In this document: positions 51,589 to 61,403 of the stretch, piece after piece
Layout of the letters: each line of letters begins with the position of its first letter
Numbering within the stretch: position 1 is the first letter of the stretch
Assembly: GCA_009694085.1 (NCBI GenBank)
Contig: SHVW01000001.1
Span: 8,164-72,163, forward strand
DNA from: Alphaproteobacteria bacterium
Lineage (GTDB): Bacteria; Pseudomonadota; Alphaproteobacteria; SHVW01
Reading direction: 5' to 3'
Length of the DNA: 64,000 nucleotides
The notes under the pieces: generated by a model
What the model saw: the letters and a program-made list of their open reading frames with translations, nothing else
Told to the model about the DNA's origin: nothing
Databases searched by the model: none
Translations under genes and position numbers: made by a program

Positions 51589-51980
51589 TCAGGTCCGATA
51601 AATCGTTTTGGGATCGATGTCGGCGGTTCCAATGGTTTCCAACCGTCCCTGGCGCCAGGCGCGGAAAAAGCAGTTGTGTTGGCCGGTGTGGCAGGCGGCG
51701 CCGGTCTGATCGACCAGGAGCAAGACGGTATCGCCGTCGCAGTCGCTCCGAAACTCGACGAGCCTCTGGCGATGGCCGGACGTTTCACCCTTGCGCCAGA
51801 GCTGGCGGCGCGAACGCGACCAGTAGCAGGCATAGCCCGTGCGCAAGGTTTCCTCGACCGCGTCGCGGTTCATCCAGGCCAGCATGAGCATTTCGCCGGT
51901 GTCGTGCTGCTGAGCGGCCGCGGGGATAAGCCCCTCGGCATTGAAGGCGATGGCCTCGATCAGGGGGGCAGTTCCGTCAT
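51589..51980 (-). CDS. hisI: Phosphoribosyl-AMP cyclohydrolase, 1-nt frameshift in a C6 tract near the 5' end
   Basis: GLIP...[39 protein letters not shown] overlaps the metC stop. Confidence 0.88.
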
Positions 51981-53149
51981 TTTACCTTGGCGAGGCGCTC
52001 GAAGCCGCCCCTGAGGTCGGCGATGAGATCGTCCGGGTCTTCGAGCCCGGCATGCAAGCGTAGGACCGGCCCGGCCGCATCGAACGGCTTGACCGTGCGA
52101 ATCTTGTTGGGCTCGACATGCAGGATCAAGCTCTCGAAGCCGCCCCAGCTATAGCCCATGGCGAATAGCGACATGCCATCGAGCATGGCGGCCACGGCGG
52201 CCTCGGATGCCGGCTTCAGCACGCAGCTAAACAGGCCGCAAGCGCCGGTAAAATCGCGCTTCCAAAAGGCATGGCCGATAGCATCGGGCAGGGCTGGGTG
52301 CAGAACGCGCTCGACCTCGGGGCGTTGCTGGAGCCAGCGGGCGAGGTGCAGGCCGGTTGCATAATGCTGCTTCAGGCGCACGCCCATGGTGCGCAAGCCG
52401 CGCAGCCCCAGATAGATATCGTCCGGCCCGGCACAATAGCCGAGCCCCGCGACCGCATTCTTGACCGTCATGAAATGCTGTTCGTTGGTCACGACCAGGC
52501 CGAGCATGGCATCGGAATGCCCGACCACATATTTGGTCGCGGCATGGATCGACACGTCGACGCCATGGGCGAAGGGGCTGAAGAAATAACCGGCCGCCCA
52601 GGTGTTATCCATCAGCACGACCGCGCCCGCCGCATGGGCCGCCTTGGCAATGGCCGGGATGTCCTGGACCTCGAAGGTGAGCGAGCCCGGCGCCTCCGTG
52701 AACACCACCTTGGTATTGGGCTTGATGAGGGCAGCGATGCCGGCACCGATCATGGGATCGTAGAAGCTGGTCTCGACACCCATGTTTTTCAGCATGCCGG
52801 TGGCGAAGGCCCGGCTTGGGCCATAGACGCTGTCGACCATGAGCACATGATCGCCTTGCTTGACGAAGGCGAGGAGTGCGGCACAGATCGCGGCCAAGCC
52901 GGAGGGCAGGGTGGCGGCGCGGAAACCGCCTTCGAGCGCTGCCATCGCGTCTTCGAGCGCGAAGGTCGTTGGCGTGCCGTGGCGGCCATAGGTCACCGCG
53001 CCGGGTTGATGGCGGCTGGCCTGCGCGGCCTTTAACGCGGCGACGGTTGGATAAACGATGGTCGAGGCGTGATAGACCGGCGGATTGACCACGCCATGGT
53101 TGGCGCTGGGCTTGCGGCCCTTGTGAGCGAGCAGTGTGTCTTTTTTCAT
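51977..53149 (-). CDS. metC: Cystathionine beta-lyase
   Basis: [35 protein letters not shown]. Confidence 0.92.
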   Translation of the reverse strand: MKKDTLLAHKGRKPSANHGVVNPPVYHASTIVYPTVAALKAAQASRHQPGAVTYGRHGTPTTFALEDAMAALEGGFRAATLPSGLAAICAALLAFVKQGDHVLMVDSVYGPSRAFATGMLKNMGVETSFYDPMIGAGIAALIKPNTKVVFTEAPGSLTFEVQDIPAIAKAAHAAGAVVLMDNTWAAGYFFSPFAHGVDVSIHAATKYVVGHSDAMLGLVVTNEQHFMTVKNAVAGLGYCAGPDDIYLGLRGLRTMGVRLKQHYATGLHLARWLQQRPEVERVLHPALPDAIGHAFWKRDFTGACGLFSCVLKPASEAAVAAMLDGMSLFAMGYSWGGFESLILHVEPNKIRTVKPFDAAGPVLRLHAGLEDPDDLIADLRGGFERLAKVK

Positions 53150-53419
53150 GTCAGGGCCATACCGTCCATAGGTCGCGTGGGCCAGCATGTTGCCTCCGGG
53201 GCCATCGGGACGCCAGCGGGTTTTTGCCGGCCTTGCGCGCTCTGGAAGGCTTGAGACGCCCCGTGGTCCGTGTTAGCTTACGGCCACAGGGGCCTACCGA
53301 ACGGGCCGATGACGTTGCCGACGACCGGGGCCGAGATGTCCGGAGGGCGGCATGCAACGGTTTGCGGGGGCCGCGTCTGCTAGCGGGATCGCGGCGGGCG
53401 TCAACAATCGAACAGGGGC

Positions 53420-54451
53420 ATGAATTCGATGAAACATCTCTCCCTCGTCGCCGCCGGCGCGGCGCTCGCCATGTTCTCCATGGCTGGCACCGTTGAGGCG
53501 CAGCAAACTCTCGCTCAGGTCAAGCAGCGCGGCCTGATTCAATGCGGCGTCAGCCAGAGCCTTCCCGGCTTTGCCAATCCGGACGCGCAGGGCAACTGGG
53601 CCGGTTTCGACGTCGATATGTGCAAGGCCATTGCGGCCGCCGTTTTCGGCGACGTCAAGCGCGTGAAATACGTGCCGACCACGGCGCGCGAGCGCTTCAC
53701 GGTCCTCCAGGCCGGCGATGCCGATCTGCTCGCGCGCAACACGACCTGGACCATGAGCCGCGATACTCAGCTCGGCTTCGACTTCGTCGGCATCAATTTC
53801 TACGATGGCCAGGGCTTCATGGTCCGCAAGGATCTGAACGTGAAGTCCGCCAAGCAGCTTGCCGGCGCAGCCGTATGCACCCAGACCGGCACGACGACCG
53901 AACTGAACGTGGCCGACTTTTTCCGCACGAACAAGATGGCCTACAAGGTCGTCGCCTTCGAAAAGAACGACGAAGTGTTGGCTGCCTATGACAGCGGCCG
54001 CTGCGACGTGTTCACGACCGATCGTTCCGGCCTGGCTGCCGACCGCACCAAGCTGAAGGATCCCAACGCCCATATCATCCTGCCCGACGTCATCTCCAAG
54101 GAGCCGCTCGGCCCGCTCGTGCGCCACGGCGACAACAACTGGGGCGATGTCATCCGCTGGGCCTTCTTCGCCATGGTCAATGCCGAGGAGCTCGGCATCA
54201 CCCAGGCGAACGTCGATCAGATGGCTAATTCCCCGAACCCCGAGATCAAGCGCCTGCTCGGCAAGGAAGGCGATTTTGGCAAGATGTTGGGCCTGGACAA
54301 CAACTGGGCCCACAACATCATCAAGATGGTTGGCAATTACGGCGAATCCTACGAGCGCAACGTCGGCCCCAAGACCCCGATCGGTCTGGAGCGCGGCGTC
54401 AATGCGTTGTGGACGGCTGGCGGCTTGCAATACGCGCCGCCGGTTCGCTGA
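53420..54451 (+). CDS. aapJ: General L-amino acid ABC substrate-binding protein
   Basis: CGVS..LPGF, RNTTWT..RD, SKEPLGP, VGNYGE. Confidence 0.92.
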   Translation: MNSMKHLSLVAAGAALAMFSMAGTVEAQQTLAQVKQRGLIQCGVSQSLPGFANPDAQGNWAGFDVDMCKAIAAAVFGDVKRVKYVPTTARERFTVLQAGDADLLARNTTWTMSRDTQLGFDFVGINFYDGQGFMVRKDLNVKSAKQLAGAAVCTQTGTTTELNVADFFRTNKMAYKVVAFEKNDEVLAAYDSGRCDVFTTDRSGLAADRTKLKDPNAHIILPDVISKEPLGPLVRHGDNNWGDVIRWAFFAMVNAEELGITQANVDQMANSPNPEIKRLLGKEGDFGKMLGLDNNWAHNIIKMVGNYGESYERNVGPKTPIGLERGVNALWTAGGLQYAPPVR

Positions 54452-54474
54452 ACATCCTCTAAGCGACAGCCGGT

Positions 54475-54506
54475 GGACGGCTTCGGCACGATCGTCGAAG
54501 CCGTCC
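54475..54506 (+). other. Intercistronic stem-loop between aapJ and aapQ
   Basis: GGACGGCTTCG/CGAAGCCGTCC perfect 11-bp stem. Confidence 0.55.
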
Positions 54507-54598
54507 CGCCGGTCATCGTGAGCTAGGCTGGGAAAAGCTGGATCGGACTTGGACCGGTTCCGCGAGGCGCAAAGCCAGGCCTGAAGGGGAGGCGTTCG

Positions 54599-55789
54599 AT
54601 GGCTGTGGAAGTTCGCGGCGGCGCTGCGCCGCCCAGCGTCGCGGTATGGAACGACCCGCGCGCGCGCGCGATTATCTTCCAGGCGCTCGCGCTCGCCGCG
54701 GTCGTCGCATTCGGCTTGTACATCTTCAACAATACCTACACCAACCTCGAAAAGCGCGGCATCGCGTCCGGCTTCGCGTTCCTGGGCTCGACCGCCGGCT
54801 TCGGCATCATCATGCATCTCATCCCCTATGCCGAAGATTCGAGCTACGGGGTCGCGATGCTGGTCGGCCTGCTCAATACATTGGCGGTGGCCGCGGTCGG
54901 CATCGTGCTGGCGACCGTGCTGGGGTTCGTGGTCGGCATCGCTCGCCTGTCGCGCAACTGGCTGATCTCGCGCATCGCCTACGTCTATATCGAAAGCATG
55001 CGGAACGTGCCGCTGCTGCTGCAGATATTCTTTTGGTATCAACTCCTGGGCAAATCGGTTCCGGGCCCGAAGCAGAGCATCGTCTTCCTCGATATCTTCT
55101 TCCTGAACAATCGCGGATTCTACACCCCCGCGCCGGTGTTCGAAGAAGGTTTCTGGGAAATCGTTGTTGGTTTTGTCGTCGCTTGCATTGGGTCGTTCTA
55201 CCTGTCGCGTTGGTCGCGCCGGCGCCAGGAAGCGACGGGTCAGCAATTCCCGGTCTTTCTGACTTCGCTCGGCTTGATCGTTGTCTTGCCGCTTCTCGTG
55301 GCCCTCGTCGCGGGCATGCCGTTTCATTGGGATTATCCGTCGCTCCAGGGTTTCAATTTCACGGGCGGCATGGTGCTGATCCCAGAATTCGTGTCCCTGA
55401 CCTTCGCGCTGGTCGTCTACACCGCTGCCTACATCGGCGAGATCGTGCGCTCCGGCATCGTGGCGGTCAGCCATGGCCAAACCGAGGCTGCCTACTCCCT
55501 GGGATTGCGGCCGGGGCCGACGCTACGCCTGGTGGTCATTCCTCAGGCCATGCGCATCATCATCCCGCCGCTCACCAGCCAGTTCCTCAACCTGACGAAA
55601 AATTCGTCGCTCGCAACCGCGATCGCCTATCCCGATCTGGTCGCCGTTTTTGCTGGCACAATCCTCAATCAGACCGGGCAGGCGGTGGAATGCATGGCCA
55701 TCACCATGGCGATCTATCTAACCACTAGCCTGCTGACATCCATGTTCATGAACTGGTTCAACGCCAGCGTCGCGTTGAAGGAACGTTGA
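54599..55789 (+). CDS. aapQ: Amino acid ABC permease
   Basis: RNVPLLLQ, GQTEAA..LGL, LNLTKNSSLA. Confidence 0.9.
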   Translation: MAVEVRGGAAPPSVAVWNDPRARAIIFQALALAAVVAFGLYIFNNTYTNLEKRGIASGFAFLGSTAGFGIIMHLIPYAEDSSYGVAMLVGLLNTLAVAAVGIVLATVLGFVVGIARLSRNWLISRIAYVYIESMRNVPLLLQIFFWYQLLGKSVPGPKQSIVFLDIFFLNNRGFYTPAPVFEEGFWEIVVGFVVACIGSFYLSRWSRRRQEATGQQFPVFLTSLGLIVVLPLLVALVAGMPFHWDYPSLQGFNFTGGMVLIPEFVSLTFALVVYTAAYIGEIVRSGIVAVSHGQTEAAYSLGLRPGPTLRLVVIPQAMRIIIPPLTSQFLNLTKNSSLATAIAYPDLVAVFAGTILNQTGQAVECMAITMAIYLTTSLLTSMFMNWFNASVALKER

Positions 55790-55793
55790 GCCC

Positions 55794-56954
55794 ATGTCGA
55801 TCGCAACCGTCAGCTTCGAGCCCAAGCCGAGCCTGCCGCCGCCGGTGGCCACGGCCGGTCTTTTGGGTTGGCTCCGCGCCAATTTGTTTTCCTCGTGGCT
55901 GAACGCGGCGTTCACGCTGGCTACGCTCTACCTGCTGTGGCGCGTGCTGCCCCCGATCTTCGATTGGATGATCGCGGAAGCGGTCTGGGTCGGCGACAAG
56001 ACCGAGGAGTGCAAGAACGCGGATGAAACGCGCAAGGGCGGAGCGTGCTGGATTTACGTGCGCGCCCGCGTCAGCGGTTTCATGTACGGCCTTTATCCCT
56101 ACGATCTGCGCTGGCGGGTCGATCTGGCTGGCGCGGTGGCGCTCGCCTTGATGGTGCCGGTCTTCATCAAGGCCATGCCGTACCGGGCCATCTACGGCTT
56201 GGCGGCGATTCTCCTGGTGCCTGCTTTGGCCAGCCTGCTGTTCTACGGTTGGTACGATTTCCCCCCCAACGTGCCGGAGGCCCAAACCCATCCCTGGCGC
56301 GTGGTGGAAACCGCCAAATGGGGCGGGTTGTCGCTGACCCTGCTGATTGCCTGGGTCGGCATCGGCGCCTCGTTGCCGATCGGAGTTGTGCTCGCGCTCG
56401 GCCGGCGCTCCAAGATGCCCATCGTCAGCGCCTTGTGCGTCGGATTTATCGAGCTGTGGCGCGGCGTACCGCTGATCACCGTGATGTTCATGTCGTCGGT
56501 GATGTTGCCGCTGTTCCTGCCCGAGGGGGTCACTTTCGACAAGCTGCTGCGAGCGCTCATCGGCGTTACGCTGTTTTCGGCCGCCTATCTGGCCGAGGTC
56601 GTGCGCGGCGGTCTCCAGGCGATCCCGCGCGGTCAGTTCGAGGCGGCCTCGGCGCTCGGCCTCAGCTATCCCAAGTCCATGGCGCTGATCGTGCTCCCCC
56701 AGGCGCTCAAGATCGTCATTCCCGGCATCGTCAACAGCTTCATCGGCCTATTCAAGGATACGACGCTGGTGGCGATCATCGGCATGTACGACTTCCTCGG
56801 CGCCGTTGCGCTCGGCAATGCCGATCCGAAATGGCTAGGCTATGCCGTCGAAGGCTATGTGTTTGCCGCGCTGTTCTATTTCGTGTTCTGCTTCAGCATG
56901 TCGCGCTACAGCCTGGCACTGGAGCGCAAGCTCAATACCGGCCACAAGCGTTGA
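55794..56954 (+). CDS. aapM: Amino acid ABC permease
   Basis: WGGL.LT, RGVPLIT, GQFEAA, FKDTTLV. Confidence 0.9.
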   Translation: MSIATVSFEPKPSLPPPVATAGLLGWLRANLFSSWLNAAFTLATLYLLWRVLPPIFDWMIAEAVWVGDKTEECKNADETRKGGACWIYVRARVSGFMYGLYPYDLRWRVDLAGAVALALMVPVFIKAMPYRAIYGLAAILLVPALASLLFYGWYDFPPNVPEAQTHPWRVVETAKWGGLSLTLLIAWVGIGASLPIGVVLALGRRSKMPIVSALCVGFIELWRGVPLITVMFMSSVMLPLFLPEGVTFDKLLRALIGVTLFSAAYLAEVVRGGLQAIPRGQFEAASALGLSYPKSMALIVLPQALKIVIPGIVNSFIGLFKDTTLVAIIGMYDFLGAVALGNADPKWLGYAVEGYVFAALFYFVFCFSMSRYSLALERKLNTGHKR

Positions 56955-56970
56955 GAAAGGGACAGACGCC

Positions 56971-57750
56971 ATGAGCGCCGCCGTGAAAGACCACGTACAG
57001 AACCTGGCGACCGGCGAGGTCGCCGTCCAGATGGTCGGTGTGCACAAATGGTATGGCGAGTTCCATGTGCTCAAGGACATCAACCTGACCGTCCACCACG
57101 GCGAGCGTATCGTCATCTGCGGACCCTCGGGCTCGGGCAAATCGACACTCATCCGCTGTATCAACCGGTTGGAAGAGCATCAGAAGGGGCAGATCGTCGT
57201 CCAGGGCACGGAGCTGACCAACGACCTCAAGCAGATCGACGCGATCCGGCGCGAGGTCGGGATGGTGTTTCAGCAATTCAATCTGTTTCCCCATTTGACC
57301 GTGCTGGAAAATTGCTGCCTGGCCCTGATCTGGGTACGAAAGATGCCGCGCAAGGACGCCGAAGAGATCGCCATGAAGTACCTGACCCGGGTGCGCATTC
57401 CCGAGCAGGCGCTCAAATACCCGGGACAGCTCTCGGGCGGCCAGCAGCAGCGCGTCGCCATCGCGCGTTCGCTGTGCATGAATCCCAAGGTCATGCTGTT
57501 CGACGAGCCGACCTCGGCGCTCGACCCCGAGATGATCAAGGAAGTGCTCGACGTCATGATCGGGCTCGCCGAGGACGGCATGACCATGCTGTGCGTGACC
57601 CACGAGATGGGTTTTGCCCAGAAAGTCGCCAATCGGGTCATCTTCATGGATCTCGGCGAGATCGTGGAGCAGAACACGCCGACCGAGTTCTTCAACAATC
57701 CGCAATCCGATCGCACCAAGCTGTTCCTGAGCCAGATTCTGCGGCATTAG
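56971..57750 (+). CDS. aapP: Amino acid ABC ATPase
   Basis: [26 protein letters not shown]. Confidence 0.93.
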   Translation: MSAAVKDHVQNLATGEVAVQMVGVHKWYGEFHVLKDINLTVHHGERIVICGPSGSGKSTLIRCINRLEEHQKGQIVVQGTELTNDLKQIDAIRREVGMVFQQFNLFPHLTVLENCCLALIWVRKMPRKDAEEIAMKYLTRVRIPEQALKYPGQLSGGQQQRVAIARSLCMNPKVMLFDEPTSALDPEMIKEVLDVMIGLAEDGMTMLCVTHEMGFAQKVANRVIFMDLGEIVEQNTPTEFFNNPQSDRTKLFLSQILRH

Positions 57751-57761
57751 GCCTCGCCCCT

Positions 57762-58103
57762 ATGAAGGGCGACGCAGTCAAGGATGCCAGCCACCTCTAT
57801 GAGGTGGAGCGGCGGGCCTATCATTTGCAGCGCCCCGGGTTTCGCATCAGCGAGATGCAACTCTCGCCGACCCAGACCGTGCCCTGGCACTTCCACAACC
57901 ATATCAGCGACACGTTCTACGTCATCGAAGGCCAGCTTCGCCTGTTTCTCCAGCAACCGAAGCAGGAGGTTCGCCTCGGCCCCGGCGAAAGCTATTCCGT
58001 CGCCGCTGGCCGGCCCCATCTGGTGACCAATGTCGGCGACACCTCGATGACGATCCTGGTACTCCAAGGGGTTGGGGAATACGACTACGTTCCCCTGGTT
58101 TAA
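57762..58103 (+). CDS. Cupin domain protein
   Basis: VPWHFH...FYVIEG...PH.VTN. Confidence 0.85.
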   Translation: MKGDAVKDASHLYEVERRAYHLQRPGFRISEMQLSPTQTVPWHFHNHISDTFYVIEGQLRLFLQQPKQEVRLGPGESYSVAAGRPHLVTNVGDTSMTILVLQGVGEYDYVPLV

Positions 58104-58118
58104 GCCTCGGAGAGCGCC

Positions 58119-58241
58119 ATGACGGTCGATCCATCCCAGCCTAACCATCCGCTGACCGGCGCCCATCTCGATTTCAGCCGGGATATGAGCTATGGCGACT
58201 ATCTCGGCCTTGACGCCATCCTGTCGGCTCAACGGCCGTTG
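58119..58241 (+). pseudogene. kynA: Tryptophan 2,3-dioxygenase, 5' fragment
   Basis: Hand translation [41 protein letters not shown] after a GGAG SD; frame stops at 58257-58259. Confidence 0.85.
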
Positions 58242-58242
58242 C

Positions 58243-58818
58243 GGCACAGGGGAAATTGAATTCTCCGGCTCAGAGGGTCATACTACCAATAATCGTATGG
58301 AGCTGATGGCAGCGATCCAAGCCCTGGCCAGATTGACGGAACCCAGTATGGTCCATATCCATACCGATAGCGAATACGTGCAAAAGGGCATGACGATAAG
58401 GCTGCGCAGAATGAAGGCCGATGGCTGGAAAACATCCCGAGGCAAGCCGATCAAAAATGTGGAGCTATGGCAGGCATTGGATTTGCAGGCACAGCGTCAC
58501 AAGGTTACTTGGATTTGGGTCCGTGGCCACAATGGCGATCCGGGGAACGAGAGAGCGAACAAACTGGCGAGGGGAGCGCACCGATGCATTTTCTCTCCGG
58601 CGTTGACACACGACAGAGGTTGCATTGGGGGCGCTCAAGCGGCGGTCACACGGCAAGCAACTCATCCACCAATCTGCAATGCGACCAATCGGCCGGGGAT
58701 TACCGGATGGCTGGCCGGTATTCGGGGGTCATGCCGAGACATACTTATTTACCCCACAAATGTGCATTTATCGCTCTGCCTCCACGCTTTTGATTTCTGC
58801 ACCCTGCCGAAAAAGTGA
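58243..58818 (+). pseudogene. rnhA: RNase HI fragment, 5'-truncated
   Basis: TTNNRMEL.AAI.AL, TDSEYV, KN.ELW, WVRGH.G.PGNERA; N-terminal DG motif absent. Confidence 0.8.
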
Positions 58819-59073
58819 CACCGTTTCCTATCCCGATTTTGGTACCGGACGTATAAATTTTTCTGATTTTATGCCGTGCTCATGCATCATCATTGCAGGT
58901 ACCCCCCATGGCCCCTGCCCGCCCCGGCTCATGTCGGTTGCCTCAGCTTCGACCCGAGCAATCGTTTAGCGCGTCCACAAACGGACGCGTGCTCACGCTC
59001 TCCACCGAATCGCCAATGCACGTCATCAATGGATATCCGTGCCGAATTCGTGGGGATACGGTGGGGCGAAAAT

Positions 59074-59109
59074 GACAAGGGCCTAGCCGTTTCCGACTAA
59101 GCCCTTGTC
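59074..59109 (-). terminator. Hairpin downstream of the tRNA-Val fragment
   Basis: GACAAGGGC...GCCCTTGTC stem followed by ATTTT on the minus strand. Confidence 0.6.
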
Positions 59110-59114
59110 GCTAT

Positions 59115-59159
59115 TGGTGGGCGCAGTAGGGATTGAACCTACGACCCCTACCATGTCAA
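59115..59159 (-). pseudogene. 3' half of tRNA-Val(GAC) (att-site remnant)
   Basis: TTGACAT-GGTAG-GGGTC-GTAGGTTCAATCCCTAC-TGCGCCC-ACCA; 5' half absent. Confidence 0.85.
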
Positions 59160-59412
59160 CGTCTCGCTCGAAACTGCGTGGCAGGCGGTCTATGCCGATA
59201 CCGCGCGCCACTGGGATTTCAACGAACTCGGCGAGAAGTTGGTCGATATCGAGGACGGTTTCCGCCAGTGGCGCCATCGCCACGCCACGACGGTGGAGCG
59301 CATCGTCGGCGACAAGCGCGGCACCGGCGGCACCTCGGGCGTAGCCTATCTGAAGCAGGCGCTCGACACCCAGCTTTTCCCCGAACTGTGGCGCGTGCGC
59401 ACAGCCCTCTAA
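59158..59412 (+). pseudogene. kynA: Tryptophan 2,3-dioxygenase, 3' fragment
   Basis: [38 protein letters not shown]...FPELW.VRTAL*. Confidence 0.9.
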
Positions 59413-59413
59413 C

Positions 59414-60070
59414 CTATCCGTCTCGGTGCCACAGAATGCTGTGGGCGAAGGGTGTCCACAGTCCGGTGCGGATGCCGGCATAACGGAGCGCGCGCGACGT
59501 CCACTCGTTGCAAGTAGCAATCGCGCTGTAGCGTCCGACCGCCGCGTAGAAGGCGTCGTGGGGACCGTAGCCGCGGCCGTGGTAAAGCTGCAGCTCGGGC
59601 CCGGCAAACGCGGCGCGCACGAATTCGGTCAGTTTCAGGTGCTGCGCGCGCGACGCCATGATCCGGCGCGCATCGGCCCCGTGCGCGGGGTCCATCCATA
59701 GCGCCACATGCATCACCGTTTCCTTGTCGGCAAATAGCGCGCCCAACGCCGTGCCGATGCGCAGATCGGCCAGCGTGCGGGTTTCCATGTAGAAGTCGCG
59801 TTCGCCCCAACCGAACCAGATATGGCTGGCGCCCGGCGCGGGACGGACGAAATGCTCGGGCGGGTGCCGCTCGGTCCAATCGATGCCGTGGGCGCGCAGC
59901 GGCAAGACGAGGCTGGCGTGGTAGCCGTTGGAGACGATGAAGATTTCGACGGGGCCGTCGCCATCGTCCCGACCGCCGACCGGGATGGCGCCGAGGCCGA
60001 GGCCCAGCACGACATACAGGAGTGCTAGGGCGGGCAGGGCGGCGAGGGCGAGAAGCAGACGGCGCAGCAT
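59414..60070 (-). CDS. DUF2459/TIGR02117 family protein
   Basis: SNGYH..LVLP, FGWGER.FY, FYAA.G.Y...TCNEWT, G.WTP. Confidence 0.85.
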   Translation of the reverse strand: MLRRLLLALAALPALALLYVVLGLGLGAIPVGGRDDGDGPVEIFIVSNGYHASLVLPLRAHGIDWTERHPPEHFVRPAPGASHIWFGWGERDFYMETRTLADLRIGTALGALFADKETVMHVALWMDPAHGADARRIMASRAQHLKLTEFVRAAFAGPELQLYHGRGYGPHDAFYAAVGRYSAIATCNEWTSRALRYAGIRTGLWTPFAHSILWHRDG

Positions 60071-60144
60071 GAGTGATTTCTAGCCCGCGAATGTGGCGTG
60101 GGCGCGGCGAGGTCAGCTATTCGGGTCGGGGTTGCTGACTCGTT

Positions 60145-60735
60145 TCAATGCCGTGAGCGCCGCGCTGGTCCAGGCGCGCGGATCGGGGATGGCGTCGTCT
60201 CGGAGGATAAATCGTGATCTACAATTTCCTGCATATGCGGGACAAAGCCGGCGCGCTGGTAATTGCCCAGGGCGCGGGGGTGATCGAGAGAGTTGGTGTG
60301 GACCCAGAGTCGATCGATGTCGCGGCTCCACGCGCTGTCCACCGCCCAGTTGATCAGATACCAGCCGAGCCCGCGGCCGATGAAATCGTCGATCAGGCCG
60401 AAATAGGCAAGTTCGACCTCGCGCGGCTGGCGCAAATCCAGTTCGGCATAGCCAGCGGGCGTACCAGCGACGTAAAGCACATAGATCTCGACCTTGGGGT
60501 CGTGGATGGTCGATTTAAGCTGGTCGTCGGACATGCGCTTGCGATCGACCCAGTTGTAGTTCCGGCCGACCGCGTCATAGAGGTAGCGATAGAACGAAAG
60601 GGTCGGCGGGTCCGCGCGCATCAGCGCCAGCCGCTTCTCCGGCGCCGGCACGGTCGGCCGGGTCGGGCGCTTGTGCATCTCCAGATAGGTGATGACGACG
60701 CGGACATAACCGGGCGGAATCTCAAGATCGGCCAT
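60145..60735 (-). CDS. GNAT N-acetyltransferase (C-terminus probably frameshifted)
   Basis: FYRYLY, GYAELD, AYFGL...IGRGLG, WVHT.SLDHP.AL..Y..AGF. Confidence 0.85.
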   Translation of the reverse strand: MADLEIPPGYVRVVITYLEMHKRPTRPTVPAPEKRLALMRADPPTLSFYRYLYDAVGRNYNWVDRKRMSDDQLKSTIHDPKVEIYVLYVAGTPAGYAELDLRQPREVELAYFGLIDDFIGRGLGWYLINWAVDSAWSRDIDRLWVHTNSLDHPRALGNYQRAGFVPHMQEIVDHDLSSETTPSPIRAPGPARRSRH

Positions 60736-60746
60736 GGTCACCCGCT

Positions 60747-61289
60747 CTACTGCAGCCACAGCTCAAGGCGGCGCAGGCATCTTCGTAGGCTGTCGCATGA
60801 TTCGGCTGCGATCCTGGGGCGCCAAGCGTGTCTGGCATAGTCCCGCAAGCGCATTGTATAGGCTGGACCAATGTGTGCACCGCTGTTTGCCCGCGGCAGC
60901 ATATCCGTCTTGATTTCGCGGCTGCGCGACCGATTGACGATGGACAACACCGTTGACTTTGGATTGGGAAGTTCCTCAGGCCTAGGTGGGATGGCGGCGG
61001 TAGGAACTTTGAAGAATGCAGAAAACGCCTTTGCATCTCCAAGCATCCAGGCTTCCAATCCACGAACGACGATCCTCAAGTGCATGCCCTCTGAGGGTTC
61101 GTGGAGCAATCCATTTCGCATCTCCGCAGGACACCCGGAATAAGAGTCCATATCGCGCAGGACGAGCCAGCGACCATGACGTGCCGCCCTGTTGTAATTG
61201 GCGATCTTGCGGTCCAGACGCGCCTTGCCTTGGCAGTCAAATGATCTTGCTATCGGCAATTTCTCAAGACGTAGAGACATGAATCGCAT
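60747..61289 (-). CDS. DUF4276-like protein, probably 5'-truncated
   Basis: YN.AA...WLVL.D.D...CP, LEAWML.D, PK, GPAY, SLRR; lower GC. Confidence 0.65.
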   Translation of the reverse strand: MRFMSLRLEKLPIARSFDCQGKARLDRKIANYNRAARHGRWLVLRDMDSYSGCPAEMRNGLLHEPSEGMHLRIVVRGLEAWMLGDAKAFSAFFKVPTAAIPPRPEELPNPKSTVLSIVNRSRSREIKTDMLPRANSGAHIGPAYTMRLRDYARHAWRPRIAAESCDSLRRCLRRLELWLQ

Positions 61290-61403
61290 TTTAATCTCCG
61301 GACCGCACTTCGATGCTCACGATCAGTCTATCATGAGATCGCGATTTCTCTGCGCGACCGACAATGAACTGCCACAGTAAATGACGGTAGGCGGTTGCCG
61401 CTC

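Larger units (their letters stand above)
58242..59159. mobile_element. Remnant end of an integrative element (cargo + att site)
   Basis: Visibly lower-GC DNA inside kynA, ending in a tRNA-Val 3' half. Confidence 0.65.

Noticed and set aside
53294..55480. Long antisense ORFs (728 aa here; also 32129-34021, 36044-37768, 26086-27477)
   Set aside because: Shadow frames opposite well-supported high-GC genes, with no family motifs
58192..58818. Functional full-length rnhA starting at 58192
   Set aside because: The first ~16 codons are out-of-frame kynA sequence and the essential N-terminal Asp motif is missing
59115..59190. Complete tRNA-Val gene
   Set aside because: The 5' half (acceptor 5' strand, D arm, 5' anticodon stem) is absent; the sequence there is kynA
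60206..61350. Imperfect inverted repeat (GATAAATCGTGATCT vs AGATCGCGATTTCTC) as IS ends
   Set aside because: Only 13/15 identity, no transposase or target duplication, and it encloses a host-like gene
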